Below, piece after piece: positions 34,787 to 45,043 of a DNA stretch of 64,000 nucleotides. The notes beneath the pieces are model-generated. The model ran no database searches. It saw nothing but the letters and a program-made list of their open reading frames with translations, and was not told the origin of the DNA. The translations under genes were made by a program, and so were the position numbers. Where the stretch lies: the NCBI GenBank assembly GCA_047601445.1, contig JASGJH010000001.1:6464001-6528000 (forward strand), read 5' to 3'. Position 1 is the first letter of the stretch. Each line of letters opens with the position of its first letter. The stretch comes from Myxococcales bacterium. Lineage in GTDB: Bacteria; Myxococcota_A; Polyangia; Polyangiales; DASUME01.

Positions 34787-36736
34787 ATGAACATTCGCGA
34801 CGTCCGCGTGCGCGGGCCCGTACTGGGGCTGCTTCTCTGCGCGTTGAGCGCTGGCTGTCACGGCGACAAACCCACCGTCGGCACCAACCAGGGCCCGTCG
34901 ACCGGAGACGGTGATGGCGACGGCAGCGGGGACGGCGATGGGGATGGCCGCGGTGACGGCGATGGTGACGGCGACGGTGATGGCGACGGCGACGGCGACG
35001 GTGGCGATTCGGGCGAGGCCGTGGTCATCGACGAGTGCAAGTCGGGAGCTGCCGGGCTGAGCAACGATCAGATCAGCGCGCTCAAGAAGGGGGGCGACGC
35101 CAGCAAGGCGCGCCTGCTCTATCCCTACGACGGCACCGTGTTCCCCCGTGGACTCGAGGGCCCTCAGCTGATGTGGGAGCTCGACCCGAAGGCCGACGCG
35201 GTGTTCGTGCACCTCAAGTCCTCGCGCTTCGAATACAGCGGCTGCCTGAAGCCCACCGCCAACAACACGCTGCTGTTGCCCCAGAAGATCTGGCAGCAAG
35301 CTGGCACCAAGACCCTGGGCCTGAAGGATCCATTCGCGGTGGAGGTGACGCTGCTATCGGGCAAGAGCGCGCGCGGTCCGCTCAAGCAGCAGTGGATCAT
35401 CGCGCAGGCGACCATCAAGGGGTCCATCTACTACAACAGCTATATCTCGGCGGCGGGTGGAGGGATCCCCGGCGGCAAGGTGTTCCGCATCCCACCCGGC
35501 AAGAAGTTCGAGCCGTTCTCGGCCATGGAGTGCAACGGCTGTCACTCGGTCTCGGCCAACGGCGCGCGCATGACGAGCCAGGCCTTGAGCACCATCCCCG
35601 GTTTTCCGGTGGGCCGTACTTTCGACATCGAGAACGGCAAGGCCAAGCAGCTCTCGACGCCTGGGGCGGCTCCATACACCGCGCTCTATCCCGATGGATC
35701 CGTGTACGTGATGCCTTCGCTGGGGACCGAGGTCGCGCGCTCCGTGCTCAGCACGAACACCGCCGTGGCGCTGCTGCCGAACACCGACGCGGCGCTCTAC
35801 GAGACCGACACGGGCACGTTGATCCCCAACTCCAACATCCCACCTGGCGCGCTGATGCCGAGCTTCGCGCCCGACGGTTCGCTGCTGGTGTTCAACGACA
35901 ACGCCCGCAGCGCGGACGAGCTCGCGATGGTGACCTTCGACGGTAAGACCAATAAAGCTGGCACCTATACGCAAGTCTTCAAGGACACGGCGGCGGACAC
36001 GCGGCCGGGCTGGCCCTTCTTTCTTCCCGACAAGAAGGGCGTGGTCTTCGTGCGCGCGGGCGGGGACTTTTCGGGCAATGGCGCCGGCGTGGCGGGTGGT
36101 GTGCTCGCGGAGCTCGGTCCCTACAGCGAGTTGTTCTCCGTGGATCTCGACACCGGCAAGTCCACCGTGCTCGCGCGCGCCATGGGCTTCAACAGCGCAG
36201 CCGACGCCGCCGCGGGCAAGACGTACATGCCGTTCGGCAACGCCGACATCAAGAAGGCCTACTTCCCCACGGTGTCTCCCGTGGCCGCGGGCGGCTTCTT
36301 CTGGGTGTTCTACGATGCGGTACGCCACTACGGAAACCTCGGGCAGCAACGCGCGCTGTGGGGCAGCGCCGTGGAGATCTCCAAGGACGGCGACTACTCC
36401 GTGGATCGTAGCCATCCGCCCTTCTACATCCCGGGCCAAGAGCTGAACACCGGCAACCATCGCGCCTTCACCGCGCTCGATCCGTGCAAAGCGGACGGCG
36501 ACAAGTGCACGAGCGGCGTGGACTGCTGCGGCGGGTTCTGCACCTTCCCCGACGACACGAGCGGTAGTGAGTTCTCCGAAGGCGAGCGCGTGGGCTCCTG
36601 CGCCTCCACGCCCAAGGAGTGCTCCGGCACCGACGAACGTTGCAAGGTGGACGCCGACTGCTGCGCGCCCGCTTCCGACAAGGAGGCGCCCTTGAGCTGC
36701 ATCTCGGGCTACTGCGCCGGGTTGATCCTGCTCTGA
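34787..36736 (+). CDS. Secreted lipoprotein with GD repeats, TolB-like beta-propeller and Cys-rich C-terminus
   Basis: Lipobox SAGC; (GD)n tract; LLYPYDGTVFPRG; CNGCHSVS; PSFAPDG, WPFFLPD propeller blades; CC-rich tail. Confidence 0.75.
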   Translation: MNIRDVRVRGPVLGLLLCALSAGCHGDKPTVGTNQGPSTGDGDGDGSGDGDGDGRGDGDGDGDGDGDGDGDGGDSGEAVVIDECKSGAAGLSNDQISALKKGGDASKARLLYPYDGTVFPRGLEGPQLMWELDPKADAVFVHLKSSRFEYSGCLKPTANNTLLLPQKIWQQAGTKTLGLKDPFAVEVTLLSGKSARGPLKQQWIIAQATIKGSIYYNSYISAAGGGIPGGKVFRIPPGKKFEPFSAMECNGCHSVSANGARMTSQALSTIPGFPVGRTFDIENGKAKQLSTPGAAPYTALYPDGSVYVMPSLGTEVARSVLSTNTAVALLPNTDAALYETDTGTLIPNSNIPPGALMPSFAPDGSLLVFNDNARSADELAMVTFDGKTNKAGTYTQVFKDTAADTRPGWPFFLPDKKGVVFVRAGGDFSGNGAGVAGGVLAELGPYSELFSVDLDTGKSTVLARAMGFNSAADAAAGKTYMPFGNADIKKAYFPTVSPVAAGGFFWVFYDAVRHYGNLGQQRALWGSAVEISKDGDYSVDRSHPPFYIPGQELNTGNHRAFTALDPCKADGDKCTSGVDCCGGFCTFPDDTSGSEFSEGERVGSCASTPKECSGTDERCKVDADCCAPASDKEAPLSCISGYCAGLILL

Positions 36737-36826
36737 GGAGACGCGGTCCAACCAATCGTGCGCGTGCGGCCGTTTCGGGGGGTCGGGACGCTTGCGCCTC
36801 GTGCCTCCATGGGTGAGTTTTCCCAG

Positions 36827-37171
36827 ATGTCGATGATCATCGCCTGGTTGAGTGCCTCCCTCGGTCTCTTCATCGCCTCGCGCGTGCTGTCCGGCGTGAA
36901 GTTGGCGTCGGCCACGGACGCGCTCTGGGCGGGTGCCCTGCTTGGCGTGCTGCAGTGGGCCCTCTACAAGTTCATCTTCCTTGCGCTCGGGGTGGCCACG
37001 CTCGGCATCGGGTTCTTGCTGTGGTTCATCACGCGCTGGATCGCCTCGGCCCTGGTCATTTTGCTGACCTCGAAGCTGAGTTCACGTCTGCACGTCGACG
37101 GCTTCTTCAGCGCCCTGATCACCGCATTCATCGTCGCCGCAGCCGGTAGCGCCGTCCGCTGGGCCATGTGA
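36827..37171 (+). CDS. 4-TM holin-like membrane protein (YvlD/DUF360, holin superfamily IV)
   Basis: Four hydrophobic helices, TLGIGFLL, LHVDGFFSALI; start uncertain (36809 or 36827). Confidence 0.65.
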   Translation: MSMIIAWLSASLGLFIASRVLSGVKLASATDALWAGALLGVLQWALYKFIFLALGVATLGIGFLLWFITRWIASALVILLTSKLSSRLHVDGFFSALITAFIVAAAGSAVRWAM

Positions 37172-37182
37172 GCGGCTTTTGT

Positions 37183-37265
37183 ACGGGGAGGTCACGCGAC
37201 CTCCCCGCCCTGCGCAGCAAAGCCGCGCCGGGACCCACCCCACCGCGAGGTTCGCTCCGCTCACG
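37183..37265 (+). repeat. Repeat family A, copy 3
   Basis: ACGGGGAGGTCACGCGACCTCCCCGCCC...AAAGCCGCGCCGGGACCCACCCCACCGCGAGGTTCGCTCCGCTCACG. Confidence 0.88.
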
Positions 37266-37433
37266 AAACGCTTCGCGCCTGTGCTCCCTTGCCTTCGTGA
37301 GCGAACCCTGCCACGCGCACCGCCTCGAAATTAATCTCTGGTGTTCGCCCACGGAAATGGGCTTCTCTGGCCACCTGAGCCGAAGGGGAAACTCGATTTC
37401 ACCCCGGCTGCGACTTTTCCGCTCGAGGTGGCT

Positions 37434-38501
37434 ATGAAACGGTTTGCCCTGGTCTGTCCGCTGATTTTTGCTCTGGCCTGCAGTGGAGACAAAGACCCCA
37501 AGGGGGGCAACGGTCTAGGAAGTGGCAACGGCGGTGATGGCGATGGTGACGTCGAAGGCTCAGGCATGTCTGGCGACGGCTGCGAGGAGCACATCGTCAA
37601 ACCCATGCGCGTGACGCCCGATATGCTCATCGTGCTGGACCGTTCCGGCAGCATGGAAATGTTCAAGCGTTGGCAGCCCTCGGTAAAGGGACTCGAGGCG
37701 ATCGTCGACAAGCTCGATAACGTGATCAACTTCGGTTTGATGACGTTCCCCAACAAGTCGGGCGATCGACAGGCCTCGGGCGATACCCAGAACTGCACCC
37801 CGGGTGAGATCGACGTGCCGGTGGCCGCGAAGAACGCCTCCAAGATCGACAGCTTCTTGAGCAGCACGAGCTCCAATGGACGCACGCCCACGGCGGCCAC
37901 GCTGCAGAACGTGCTCAAGAACTTCCAGGCCGACTCGGAGGATCCCGACCAGGTTTACACGGGTCGCTACGTGCTGCTCGTCACGGATGGTGCTCCCAAC
38001 TGCAGCAATCCCAACGGCGGTGGCGGCTTTGGCGGTGGCGGCTTCGGCGGCGGCGGCGCGGGCGGAGAGCCCCAGGCGGTTGACGACTCGGTGGCAGCCG
38101 TGAAGGCGCTGGCGGCTGCTGGCATCCCCACCTACGTGTTGGGTTACGACGCCAAGAGCGACATGACTCTGAGCGCAGCGCTCGACCGCATGGCCCAGGC
38201 GGGCGACACGGGTGACACCTCGTATCGACCGATCGAAGACGAAGCGAGCCTCGTGAAGGAATTCGATCAGATCGCGGGTGGTGCCGTGACCTGCGATTAC
38301 TTGCTCGACAACGTGCAGAAGAACCCGGCGCTGGTGCGCGTGGAGCTCGATGGCGAGATGCTGAACTACGACGACCCCAACGGCTGGCGCTTGCGCCAGG
38401 ACAACCGCACGGTGTCGCTGCAGGGCACTGCCTGCGACAAGCTACGCACGGGAGACGATCACACCTTCTCGGTGGTCGTGCAGTGCGTGGAGTTGTTCTG
38501 A
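37434..38501 (+). CDS. vWA-domain lipoprotein (CglB-like myxobacterial type)
   Basis: Lipobox ALAC; MIDAS DRSGSM, TPT, LVTDGAPNC; C-terminal PNGW..VSLQGTACD; GAGGTG RBS before ATG 37434. Confidence 0.82.
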   Translation: MKRFALVCPLIFALACSGDKDPKGGNGLGSGNGGDGDGDVEGSGMSGDGCEEHIVKPMRVTPDMLIVLDRSGSMEMFKRWQPSVKGLEAIVDKLDNVINFGLMTFPNKSGDRQASGDTQNCTPGEIDVPVAAKNASKIDSFLSSTSSNGRTPTAATLQNVLKNFQADSEDPDQVYTGRYVLLVTDGAPNCSNPNGGGGFGGGGFGGGGAGGEPQAVDDSVAAVKALAAAGIPTYVLGYDAKSDMTLSAALDRMAQAGDTGDTSYRPIEDEASLVKEFDQIAGGAVTCDYLLDNVQKNPALVRVELDGEMLNYDDPNGWRLRQDNRTVSLQGTACDKLRTGDDHTFSVVVQCVELF

Positions 38502-38548
38502 GGGTAAGGGGCTTCCCCCTGGGAGCCCACGTGGTGTAGAAGGCAGGC

Positions 38549-40336
38549 GTGCCTGAACGTAGTCAGCTGAGTTGGGCGCGCCGCGTTCTGCTTTCGGACC
38601 GAGCCGTGTGGTGGGTGGCAGCTGCGGCCATGCTGGCGGCCCTGCCATCGACCGCCATCGGCTTCTACACCGACGACTACACGCTCTTCGCGTATCTGAC
38701 CAAGGTCTTCTCCGAGAGCCCTCCCTGGTACGACCTGTATCGCTTCGTGCCAGGTGATCCGCAGGTCAATCGCGTATACATCGACGAGGGCTTCTTGGCC
38801 TGGTGGTCCGCACCCGAGCTCCGCGTGCGTCTCCTGCGTCCGCTCTCGAGCGTGCTCTTCAGCTGGGAGCGCGCGGCCTTCGGCGACCATGCGCTGCTCT
38901 ACCACGTGCACTCGCTGGCCTGGTTCGCGGGCTTGCTCGCCGCACTCTGGTCGTTCTATCGACGCTTGTTCACCCGTGAGCTCGCCGCGCTGGCGTTGCT
39001 CGTGTACGGCGTGTCGTCGGCCAACCTGCACCTCTATGGCTGGGTCTCGGCGCGGCACCTGCTCCTGAGCACCACCTTCGTGGCGCTCGCGCTGGGCCTG
39101 CAGGAGCGCGCACAGCGGGAGAACTCGACCCGCTTTCGCGGGCTGTCGTGGCTCTCGTTGGTGCTGGGCCTGCTTTGTGGTGAGAGCGGTCTGTGCGGTT
39201 TGATCTTCGCGGGCGCCTATGCCGTGGCCCACGCGCACGAGGGCGGCAAGAACCGTCCCTGGCGGGCCGCATTGCCCTATCTCGCGGGAGCCCTGGGCTA
39301 CTTGCTGTTCTACGCGGCGCTCGGTGGCGGGGCCAAGTACAGCGGTATGTACATCTCGCCGCTGGCTTCGCCCGCTGCCTATCTCAAGGCGACCGTGGTA
39401 CGCGTGCCCGCGCTGATCGGCAACGCGCTGTGGAGCATTCCAGCGGACTTCATCAACGTGGTGCCTCCAGCCAGCATCGCGCTGCTCGGGCTCGTCGCGT
39501 TCGCTGCCTTCGGTTGGCTGGTCAGCCGCATCTGGAGCACGCTCTCGGAGTTCGAGCAGACGACGCTACGTTGGCTCGGACTGGCTGCGCTGATTTCGTT
39601 GCCTGCCATGGTGGGAGGCTCTCCGGGCTCGCGCATGCTCGCGATTCCCAACATCGGGTTCGCACCCGTGTGCGCGGCCGTACTGCTCTATGGAAAGCGG
39701 GCCTTCGAGGACGAGCCGCGCGGGCTCGCGCTCACCGGCAGGGGACTCGTGAGGCTATTCGGGTTCACCACGCTGGTATTGGCGCCCTTGCAGCTGTTGG
39801 TGGGTGTCGCCATGCATCGATCGATGGCCGACAAGACGCGTTTCGTGGCCGAACACCTGCCGTCTTCAGCGCTGCGCGCGGACACCCGCCTGGTGATGGT
39901 CGCTTCGTCGGATCCGCTGGCCTATATGTATCCGCGCTCCATTCTGGGCGCGCAGCACGCTACCCAGGCGCGCTGCTGGTCGGTGCTGTCGGGAGCACGC
40001 GCCGATCACCGAATCACGCGGGTTGGCGAGCGCGAACTGATGATCGCACCCATCGGCCGGACGATGCTGCAGGGGGAGTTCGAGGGACTCTATCGCGCGG
40101 CGGAGATCCCGCTGCGGGTCGGCGACGAGGTGGAGCAGTGCGGACTCAAGATCCGCGTGGCTGCCCTGCAAGACGGAAAGCCCAGCCGCATCCACGTGGC
40201 CTTCGACGCTGCGCTCGACGACCCCACGCTCAGCCTGGTGGAATGGAAAGACGAACGCTTCGTCCCCTTCGTGCCGCCTGCGGTGGGCCAGAGCGTGCTG
40301 TGGAAGTGGTCGAGCGGACCCACCGGATTGTTCTAG
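38549..40336 (+). CDS. Multi-pass membrane protein, GT-C glycosyltransferase-like
   Basis: GFYTDDY after TM1, LRPLSS, YHVHSL, many TM helices. Confidence 0.65.
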   Translation: MPERSQLSWARRVLLSDRAVWWVAAAAMLAALPSTAIGFYTDDYTLFAYLTKVFSESPPWYDLYRFVPGDPQVNRVYIDEGFLAWWSAPELRVRLLRPLSSVLFSWERAAFGDHALLYHVHSLAWFAGLLAALWSFYRRLFTRELAALALLVYGVSSANLHLYGWVSARHLLLSTTFVALALGLQERAQRENSTRFRGLSWLSLVLGLLCGESGLCGLIFAGAYAVAHAHEGGKNRPWRAALPYLAGALGYLLFYAALGGGAKYSGMYISPLASPAAYLKATVVRVPALIGNALWSIPADFINVVPPASIALLGLVAFAAFGWLVSRIWSTLSEFEQTTLRWLGLAALISLPAMVGGSPGSRMLAIPNIGFAPVCAAVLLYGKRAFEDEPRGLALTGRGLVRLFGFTTLVLAPLQLLVGVAMHRSMADKTRFVAEHLPSSALRADTRLVMVASSDPLAYMYPRSILGAQHATQARCWSVLSGARADHRITRVGERELMIAPIGRTMLQGEFEGLYRAAEIPLRVGDEVEQCGLKIRVAALQDGKPSRIHVAFDAALDDPTLSLVEWKDERFVPFVPPAVGQSVLWKWSSGPTGLF

Positions 40337-41184
40337 CGAGTGGCTCCTGCATCGGGCGAGACCCGATGCAGGAGCCACGGCGTGAGCGCGCCGAATGCGG
40401 TGCCCAATGCGGCGCCCACCAGGACATCGCTCATGTAGTGCCGATCGGCCGCGATACGCAGGTAGCCGCTCAACAACGCGAGCGGGATCCCCACCGCCCA
40501 AACGTAGGGCGCGCCGCGATACCCGCGCATCGTGGCCACAGTGCCCGCGGCGACCGCCATCGAAAACGCCAACGAGGTATGACCCGAGTAGAAGGATAGG
40601 TTGTTGTCGGAGGGGTGATCGGTGGACCCCTTGTCCGCCTCGGGCAGAGCGTGCACGAAGGGACGCTCACGGCCCGCGATGAACTTGATGCCTTGGTTTG
40701 CCAGGCCAGCCAGGGCCACCGCCTCCGAGATGAACAGCAGATCCTCGGGCAGCCGGTCAGCCGCATGGTCGCGAACGGCGGCCACGCTCATGATGGCGGC
40801 CAGGCCCAAGGGTAAGACCCCTACGGTGACCCAGTTGCTGGCGCGCCGCGCAGCCGTGGTGTTCTCCCACTTCAACCCCTCGCGAATGCCCTCGTCGAAC
40901 CCGTTGGTCCGACACCATCGACAATCCTCGGGAGCCAGCGCCGACTTGCCCAACTCCGTACCCACCCAGATGCTCAGGGCACCCAGTGTGAGCGGCAGAT
41001 CCAGCTTGAGATTGTAGGGCAGCTCATGGACCGCGCTGGTGCCGCTTTGCGCGGGAGCCTCGGCGAGCGCCTGAGCACGAGCGGACGACGGGGCCGCCGC
41101 GGCCAAAAGCGAGAGCACTGCCAGCATTACCAGCGACCCGGTCCACAGACGCAACATTCCGGGGCGGATCTTGCCATCGGCCAT
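40333..41184 (-). CDS. PAP2 family phosphatase
   Basis: KFIAGRERP, SFYSGH, LRIAADRHYMSDV. Confidence 0.9.
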   Translation of the reverse strand: MADGKIRPGMLRLWTGSLVMLAVLSLLAAAAPSSARAQALAEAPAQSGTSAVHELPYNLKLDLPLTLGALSIWVGTELGKSALAPEDCRWCRTNGFDEGIREGLKWENTTAARRASNWVTVGVLPLGLAAIMSVAAVRDHAADRLPEDLLFISEAVALAGLANQGIKFIAGRERPFVHALPEADKGSTDHPSDNNLSFYSGHTSLAFSMAVAAGTVATMRGYRGAPYVWAVGIPLALLSGYLRIAADRHYMSDVLVGAALGTAFGALTPWLLHRVSPDAGATR

Positions 41185-41397
41185 CTGCCCACGGCAAATG
41201 GCCGATCGGTCCGTCGGCCAACCGCGAGCGACCCGCGGCGCCCGGCGAGCTAAAGCGTCGTCTGGACGCTTGGCACGCGGTAGTCGGCGCTCGATGTGCG
41301 GCAGCTCTCAGGCTGTCAGCTACGGATGGGGTGACCGGCTCGAGCACGATTTGCTTTGCTTGTCACCCCACCTTAAGGTCGCGGTACGTCCAGGTGC

Positions 41398-43053
41398 GTG
41401 ATGCGTCTTTTGGTCTCGTTTGTAGCGATTTGCTTTGGCGGATGCGCGTTCGATTGGTCCTCGTCGCCGGAGCATGCTGGAAAACTCATGACTTCGCCCG
41501 ATGCGTCGACACCGTTCGATGCCTCGACGGAAATGGATGGGGCCGCTCGACTGTCTGATGCCTCGGTGCCCGAGCGCGACGCGGCGACTTGTGTCGGTGA
41601 CTGCCGTGTTCGCTGCATGGAAAGCACGGAGTGTGCTGCGGGCAAGGTCTGCGAAGTGGACACGGGGAGCTGTGTCGAGTGCTACCAGCACGCCCAATGT
41701 TCTGGAGACAAGCCCTTCTGCGATCTCGAAAGCCGCACCTGCGTAGCCTGCCTCGAACAGAAGGACTGTGACCAGGCGGGAGCGAATGACCGATGCGTCG
41801 ACGGCGCATGCGTGTCGGCGTGCAGCACTGGATACGATTGTGCTGCACAACCAGGTAGCGTCTGCGACGCCGCTGAAGGCGCCTGCCTGTGCCTCGCAGC
41901 GGCCACTTCGTGTGCTCCCGACGGCCAAGTCCGAGCCAAGGACAGTTGCGGCTCCTACGGCAAGGTCGTCCAAGACTGTTGCGGTGCCGGCTGCGCGGGT
42001 GCCGCCTGCAACGCGCCCGTCGCCCATGCACGCATGGGGTGTCACGCAGGAGATTTGTACTGGATCGACAGCTGTGGCGTGGCCACGGACTTGATCCAGG
42101 ACTGTTGCGGCGCTGGATGCTCGAACGGCACCTGCGCGCCGGTCGACCCGCAAGCATCCAAGACCTGTTCGGGTGGTGACAGCTACTGGACCGATAGCTG
42201 CGGCGAGCTCGGATCCTTGGCGCAAGGATGCTGCGGTGTCGGCTGCAGCAGCGGTCAATGCAGCGCCGTCAACACGCAGGCGACAAAGCAGTGCTACCAG
42301 GGGCACGTGTACTGGTTCGACAGCTGCGGCACTCCCACCTCGATCGCGGAAAACTGCGGCTCGCGCGACTGCCTCAATGCGAAATGTCGGGCTGCTTGTC
42401 CTTCGGGTACCGTGCCGGTGCCTGGATTTGCCACGTGCATCGATCGCTACGAGGCGAGCTTCTGGAGCGCGAGCGCATGTTCGGGAACGCGCTACGACGC
42501 GGCGCCTGCAGGCTTTCCCAAGTACGTGACCAGCCAAGGCTTGCCCGCAACCTACACGCAGTGGGACACGGGCCAGGTGTACACGTTGCAGCAACCCACC
42601 GTGAACGTGTACGCCTGCAGCGTAGCGGGCGTGCGCCCCACCACCAACATCACGTACTTCCAGGCCAAGCGCGCCTGTGAAAACTCAGGCAAGCGGCTGT
42701 GTTCGGACGCCGAATGGGGCGCGTCCTGCCCCGGCACGTACCCCTACGGGGAGACGTACATCGAGGGAGCGTGCCACCGCACCTACTCGTCGACCGTTGC
42801 CACCACGGGAAGCTCGCCGCAGTGTGAGGGTGGGTTGACCGGACTCTTCGACATGGTTGGCAACGTGAGCGAGTGGCTGCAATGCCCGATCGACGCGCAG
42901 TACTGCAACCTGGCGAGCGGCATCCAGGTCGACAAGGACATGGGTTGTGCGTATCGGCAGGGAAACTCTCTCCGAGAGCCCGGTGTCTATCTCACTAGTG
43001 GCGGCACGTACGTCCCCACCGAAGAAGGAACGCGCTGCTGTCTTTCGCAGTAG
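41398..43053 (+). CDS. Cys-rich lipoprotein with C-terminal FGE/SUMF1-like domain
   Basis: Lipobox FGGC; repeated YWxDSCG..CCG.GC units; CIDRYEA, GKRLCSDAEW, YPYG, GLFDMVGNVSEW, RCC. Confidence 0.8.
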   Translation: MMRLLVSFVAICFGGCAFDWSSSPEHAGKLMTSPDASTPFDASTEMDGAARLSDASVPERDAATCVGDCRVRCMESTECAAGKVCEVDTGSCVECYQHAQCSGDKPFCDLESRTCVACLEQKDCDQAGANDRCVDGACVSACSTGYDCAAQPGSVCDAAEGACLCLAAATSCAPDGQVRAKDSCGSYGKVVQDCCGAGCAGAACNAPVAHARMGCHAGDLYWIDSCGVATDLIQDCCGAGCSNGTCAPVDPQASKTCSGGDSYWTDSCGELGSLAQGCCGVGCSSGQCSAVNTQATKQCYQGHVYWFDSCGTPTSIAENCGSRDCLNAKCRAACPSGTVPVPGFATCIDRYEASFWSASACSGTRYDAAPAGFPKYVTSQGLPATYTQWDTGQVYTLQQPTVNVYACSVAGVRPTTNITYFQAKRACENSGKRLCSDAEWGASCPGTYPYGETYIEGACHRTYSSTVATTGSSPQCEGGLTGLFDMVGNVSEWLQCPIDAQYCNLASGIQVDKDMGCAYRQGNSLREPGVYLTSGGTYVPTEEGTRCCLSQ

Positions 43054-43064
43054 CTCCCTCTCGC

Positions 43065-44957
43065 CTAATCTCGCCGCCCGAGAGCTCGGTCGAGGTTGTA
43101 CGCGGCGCTGATCAAGGCGAGGTGCGTAAAGGCTTGAGGAAAGTTCCCGAGCGCCGCGCCCGAGGGGCCGATTTCCTCGGAGTAGAGGCCGAGGTGGTTC
43201 GCGTAGCCAAGCATGCGCTCGAACATGAGGCGGGCGCTGTCGAGGTACTTGCGGTCGGCTACGCTTGCTCTGGTGAGTGCTTCGACGAGCCAGAAGGAGC
43301 ACAGGTTGAAGGTTCCCTCGTGGCCGACGAGTCCGTCGGGACTGCGGTCGAGGTCGTAGCGGTACACGAGGCTGTCGGAGACCAGGCCGCCCGCGGACGG
43401 TGGCTTGAGGGTGGCGTCGAGCGTGCTGAGCATGCGCGGGTCCACGGGGGACATGAAGAAGACGAGTGGCATGGAGAGGTTGGCGGCGTCGAGTGAGTCC
43501 ACGCCGTAGGCCTGCAGGAAGGCGCCGCGCTCGCTGCTGTAGCCGCGTGCTTGCACCTGTTCGTAGATGGCGTCGCGCACCGCGAGCCAGCGCTGCCGAT
43601 CGGCCGGGAAGGAGCGCTTGTCCGCCAAGCGCAGCGCGCGGTCGACCGCCACCCAGCACATCACCTTGGAATAGATGAAGTGCTTGGGGCCCCCGCGCAC
43701 TTCCCAGATGCCGTCGTCCTCCTCTTCCCAGTGATCGCACACCCAGTTGACGAGCCGACGCAAGTGCAGCCAGAGATCGTAGCTGATGGGTGCACCGTGC
43801 TTGTTGTAGAGGTAGACCGCGTCCATCAGCTCGCCGTAAATGTCGAGCTGCTTCTGCAAGTGCGCCCCGTTCCCGATGCGTACGGGAGCGCTGCCACGGT
43901 GTCCCCGCAAGTGCGGCAAGATCTCTTCGTGGAGCTCGTGCCGGCCGTCGATTCCATACATGATCTGTAGGGAACCATCGGGCTCCAGCTCCTTGCAGCG
44001 CGCCTCGACCCAGCCCATGAAGTGCCCGGCCTCGCGCGTGAATCCGATGCGCATGAAGGCGTACACGGTGAAGGCCGCGTCGCGTAGCCACGTGTAGCGA
44101 TAGTCCCAGTTGCGCGTGCCACCGATGAACTCGGGCAGACTGCAAGTGGGGGAGGCCACGATGGCTCCCGTGGGTTCGAAGGTCATGAGCTTGAGAGCCA
44201 GGGCCGAGCGATGCACCATCTCGCGCCAGCGACCGGTGTACGTGCACCCGCCGATCCAGTGGCGCCAGTACTCCGCGGTCTGTTGAAACAGCAGGTCCCC
44301 GGTGTGTCCCGCGTACACCGTTCGCGTGCAGTTCTCGCAGGCGCCCTCCGTGAGCGTGAACACGGCGGACTGCCCTTCTTCGAGCGAAAACGTGGTCACC
44401 GCAGCGGGCCCTTCGAGGTAGAGCTTGGTCTCGCTGGCCAGGCTGAAGGCGAGATCGCGGGAGCGAAAGCAGACCCCGCCCGTGATGCGTTGGCTCGTGT
44501 GGACGTCGCGTCCGTAGTTGAAGGCAGGCCGGCAATCGAGCTTGAACTCCATGTGCCCGCGCACGAGGGTCACGCGGCGGATCAAGCGTCTCGGCGTCTG
44601 GTCGCTGGCCTTCGAGATCGGCATGAAGTCGTAGAGCTCGGCCACGCCGTCCGCGCTCATGAAGCGCGTGACGAGCACGTTGGTTTCGGGCCAATAGAAC
44701 TGTTTGCTGACGACCCCATCGGGTTCGACGGGAGCGATCTGGTAGTAGCCGCCGCGCTCGCTATCGAGGATGGAGGCGAACAGCGCTGGGCTATCGAAGT
44801 AGGGGTAGCAGAACCAATCGATGGTGCCGTCGCTGGCCACCAGGGCGCAGCTCCGCAGGTCCCCGATGATGCCGTGATCCTCGATGGCCGGGGCGGCGCG
44901 CGGGGCGCTGATTCCGCGGTGTTCCGCGCTGACGTGAGATGCCGACTGCGCGTGCAT
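43065..44957 (-). CDS. Glycoside hydrolase family 15 (glucoamylase/trehalase-like)
   Basis: [60 protein letters not shown]. Confidence 0.95.
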   Translation of the reverse strand: MHAQSASHVSAEHRGISAPRAAPAIEDHGIIGDLRSCALVASDGTIDWFCYPYFDSPALFASILDSERGGYYQIAPVEPDGVVSKQFYWPETNVLVTRFMSADGVAELYDFMPISKASDQTPRRLIRRVTLVRGHMEFKLDCRPAFNYGRDVHTSQRITGGVCFRSRDLAFSLASETKLYLEGPAAVTTFSLEEGQSAVFTLTEGACENCTRTVYAGHTGDLLFQQTAEYWRHWIGGCTYTGRWREMVHRSALALKLMTFEPTGAIVASPTCSLPEFIGGTRNWDYRYTWLRDAAFTVYAFMRIGFTREAGHFMGWVEARCKELEPDGSLQIMYGIDGRHELHEEILPHLRGHRGSAPVRIGNGAHLQKQLDIYGELMDAVYLYNKHGAPISYDLWLHLRRLVNWVCDHWEEEDDGIWEVRGGPKHFIYSKVMCWVAVDRALRLADKRSFPADRQRWLAVRDAIYEQVQARGYSSERGAFLQAYGVDSLDAANLSMPLVFFMSPVDPRMLSTLDATLKPPSAGGLVSDSLVYRYDLDRSPDGLVGHEGTFNLCSFWLVEALTRASVADRKYLDSARLMFERMLGYANHLGLYSEEIGPSGAALGNFPQAFTHLALISAAYNLDRALGRRD

Positions 44958-45043
44958 GCTGCTGGACCTCAGCGCACCGAGGTAAGCGCAGGCCGGAGAC
45001 GGGCAAGTCGGGTAAGCACGCGCCGGTCACGGGCGATGTGAGC

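Noticed and set aside
36827..37171. Prophage suggested by the holin-like gene
   Set aside because: This 4-TM family is commonly chromosomal; no other phage genes are present.
41398..43053. DGR target (FGE/C-lectin fold)
   Set aside because: No template-repeat copy of the 3' region and no RT seen in the window.
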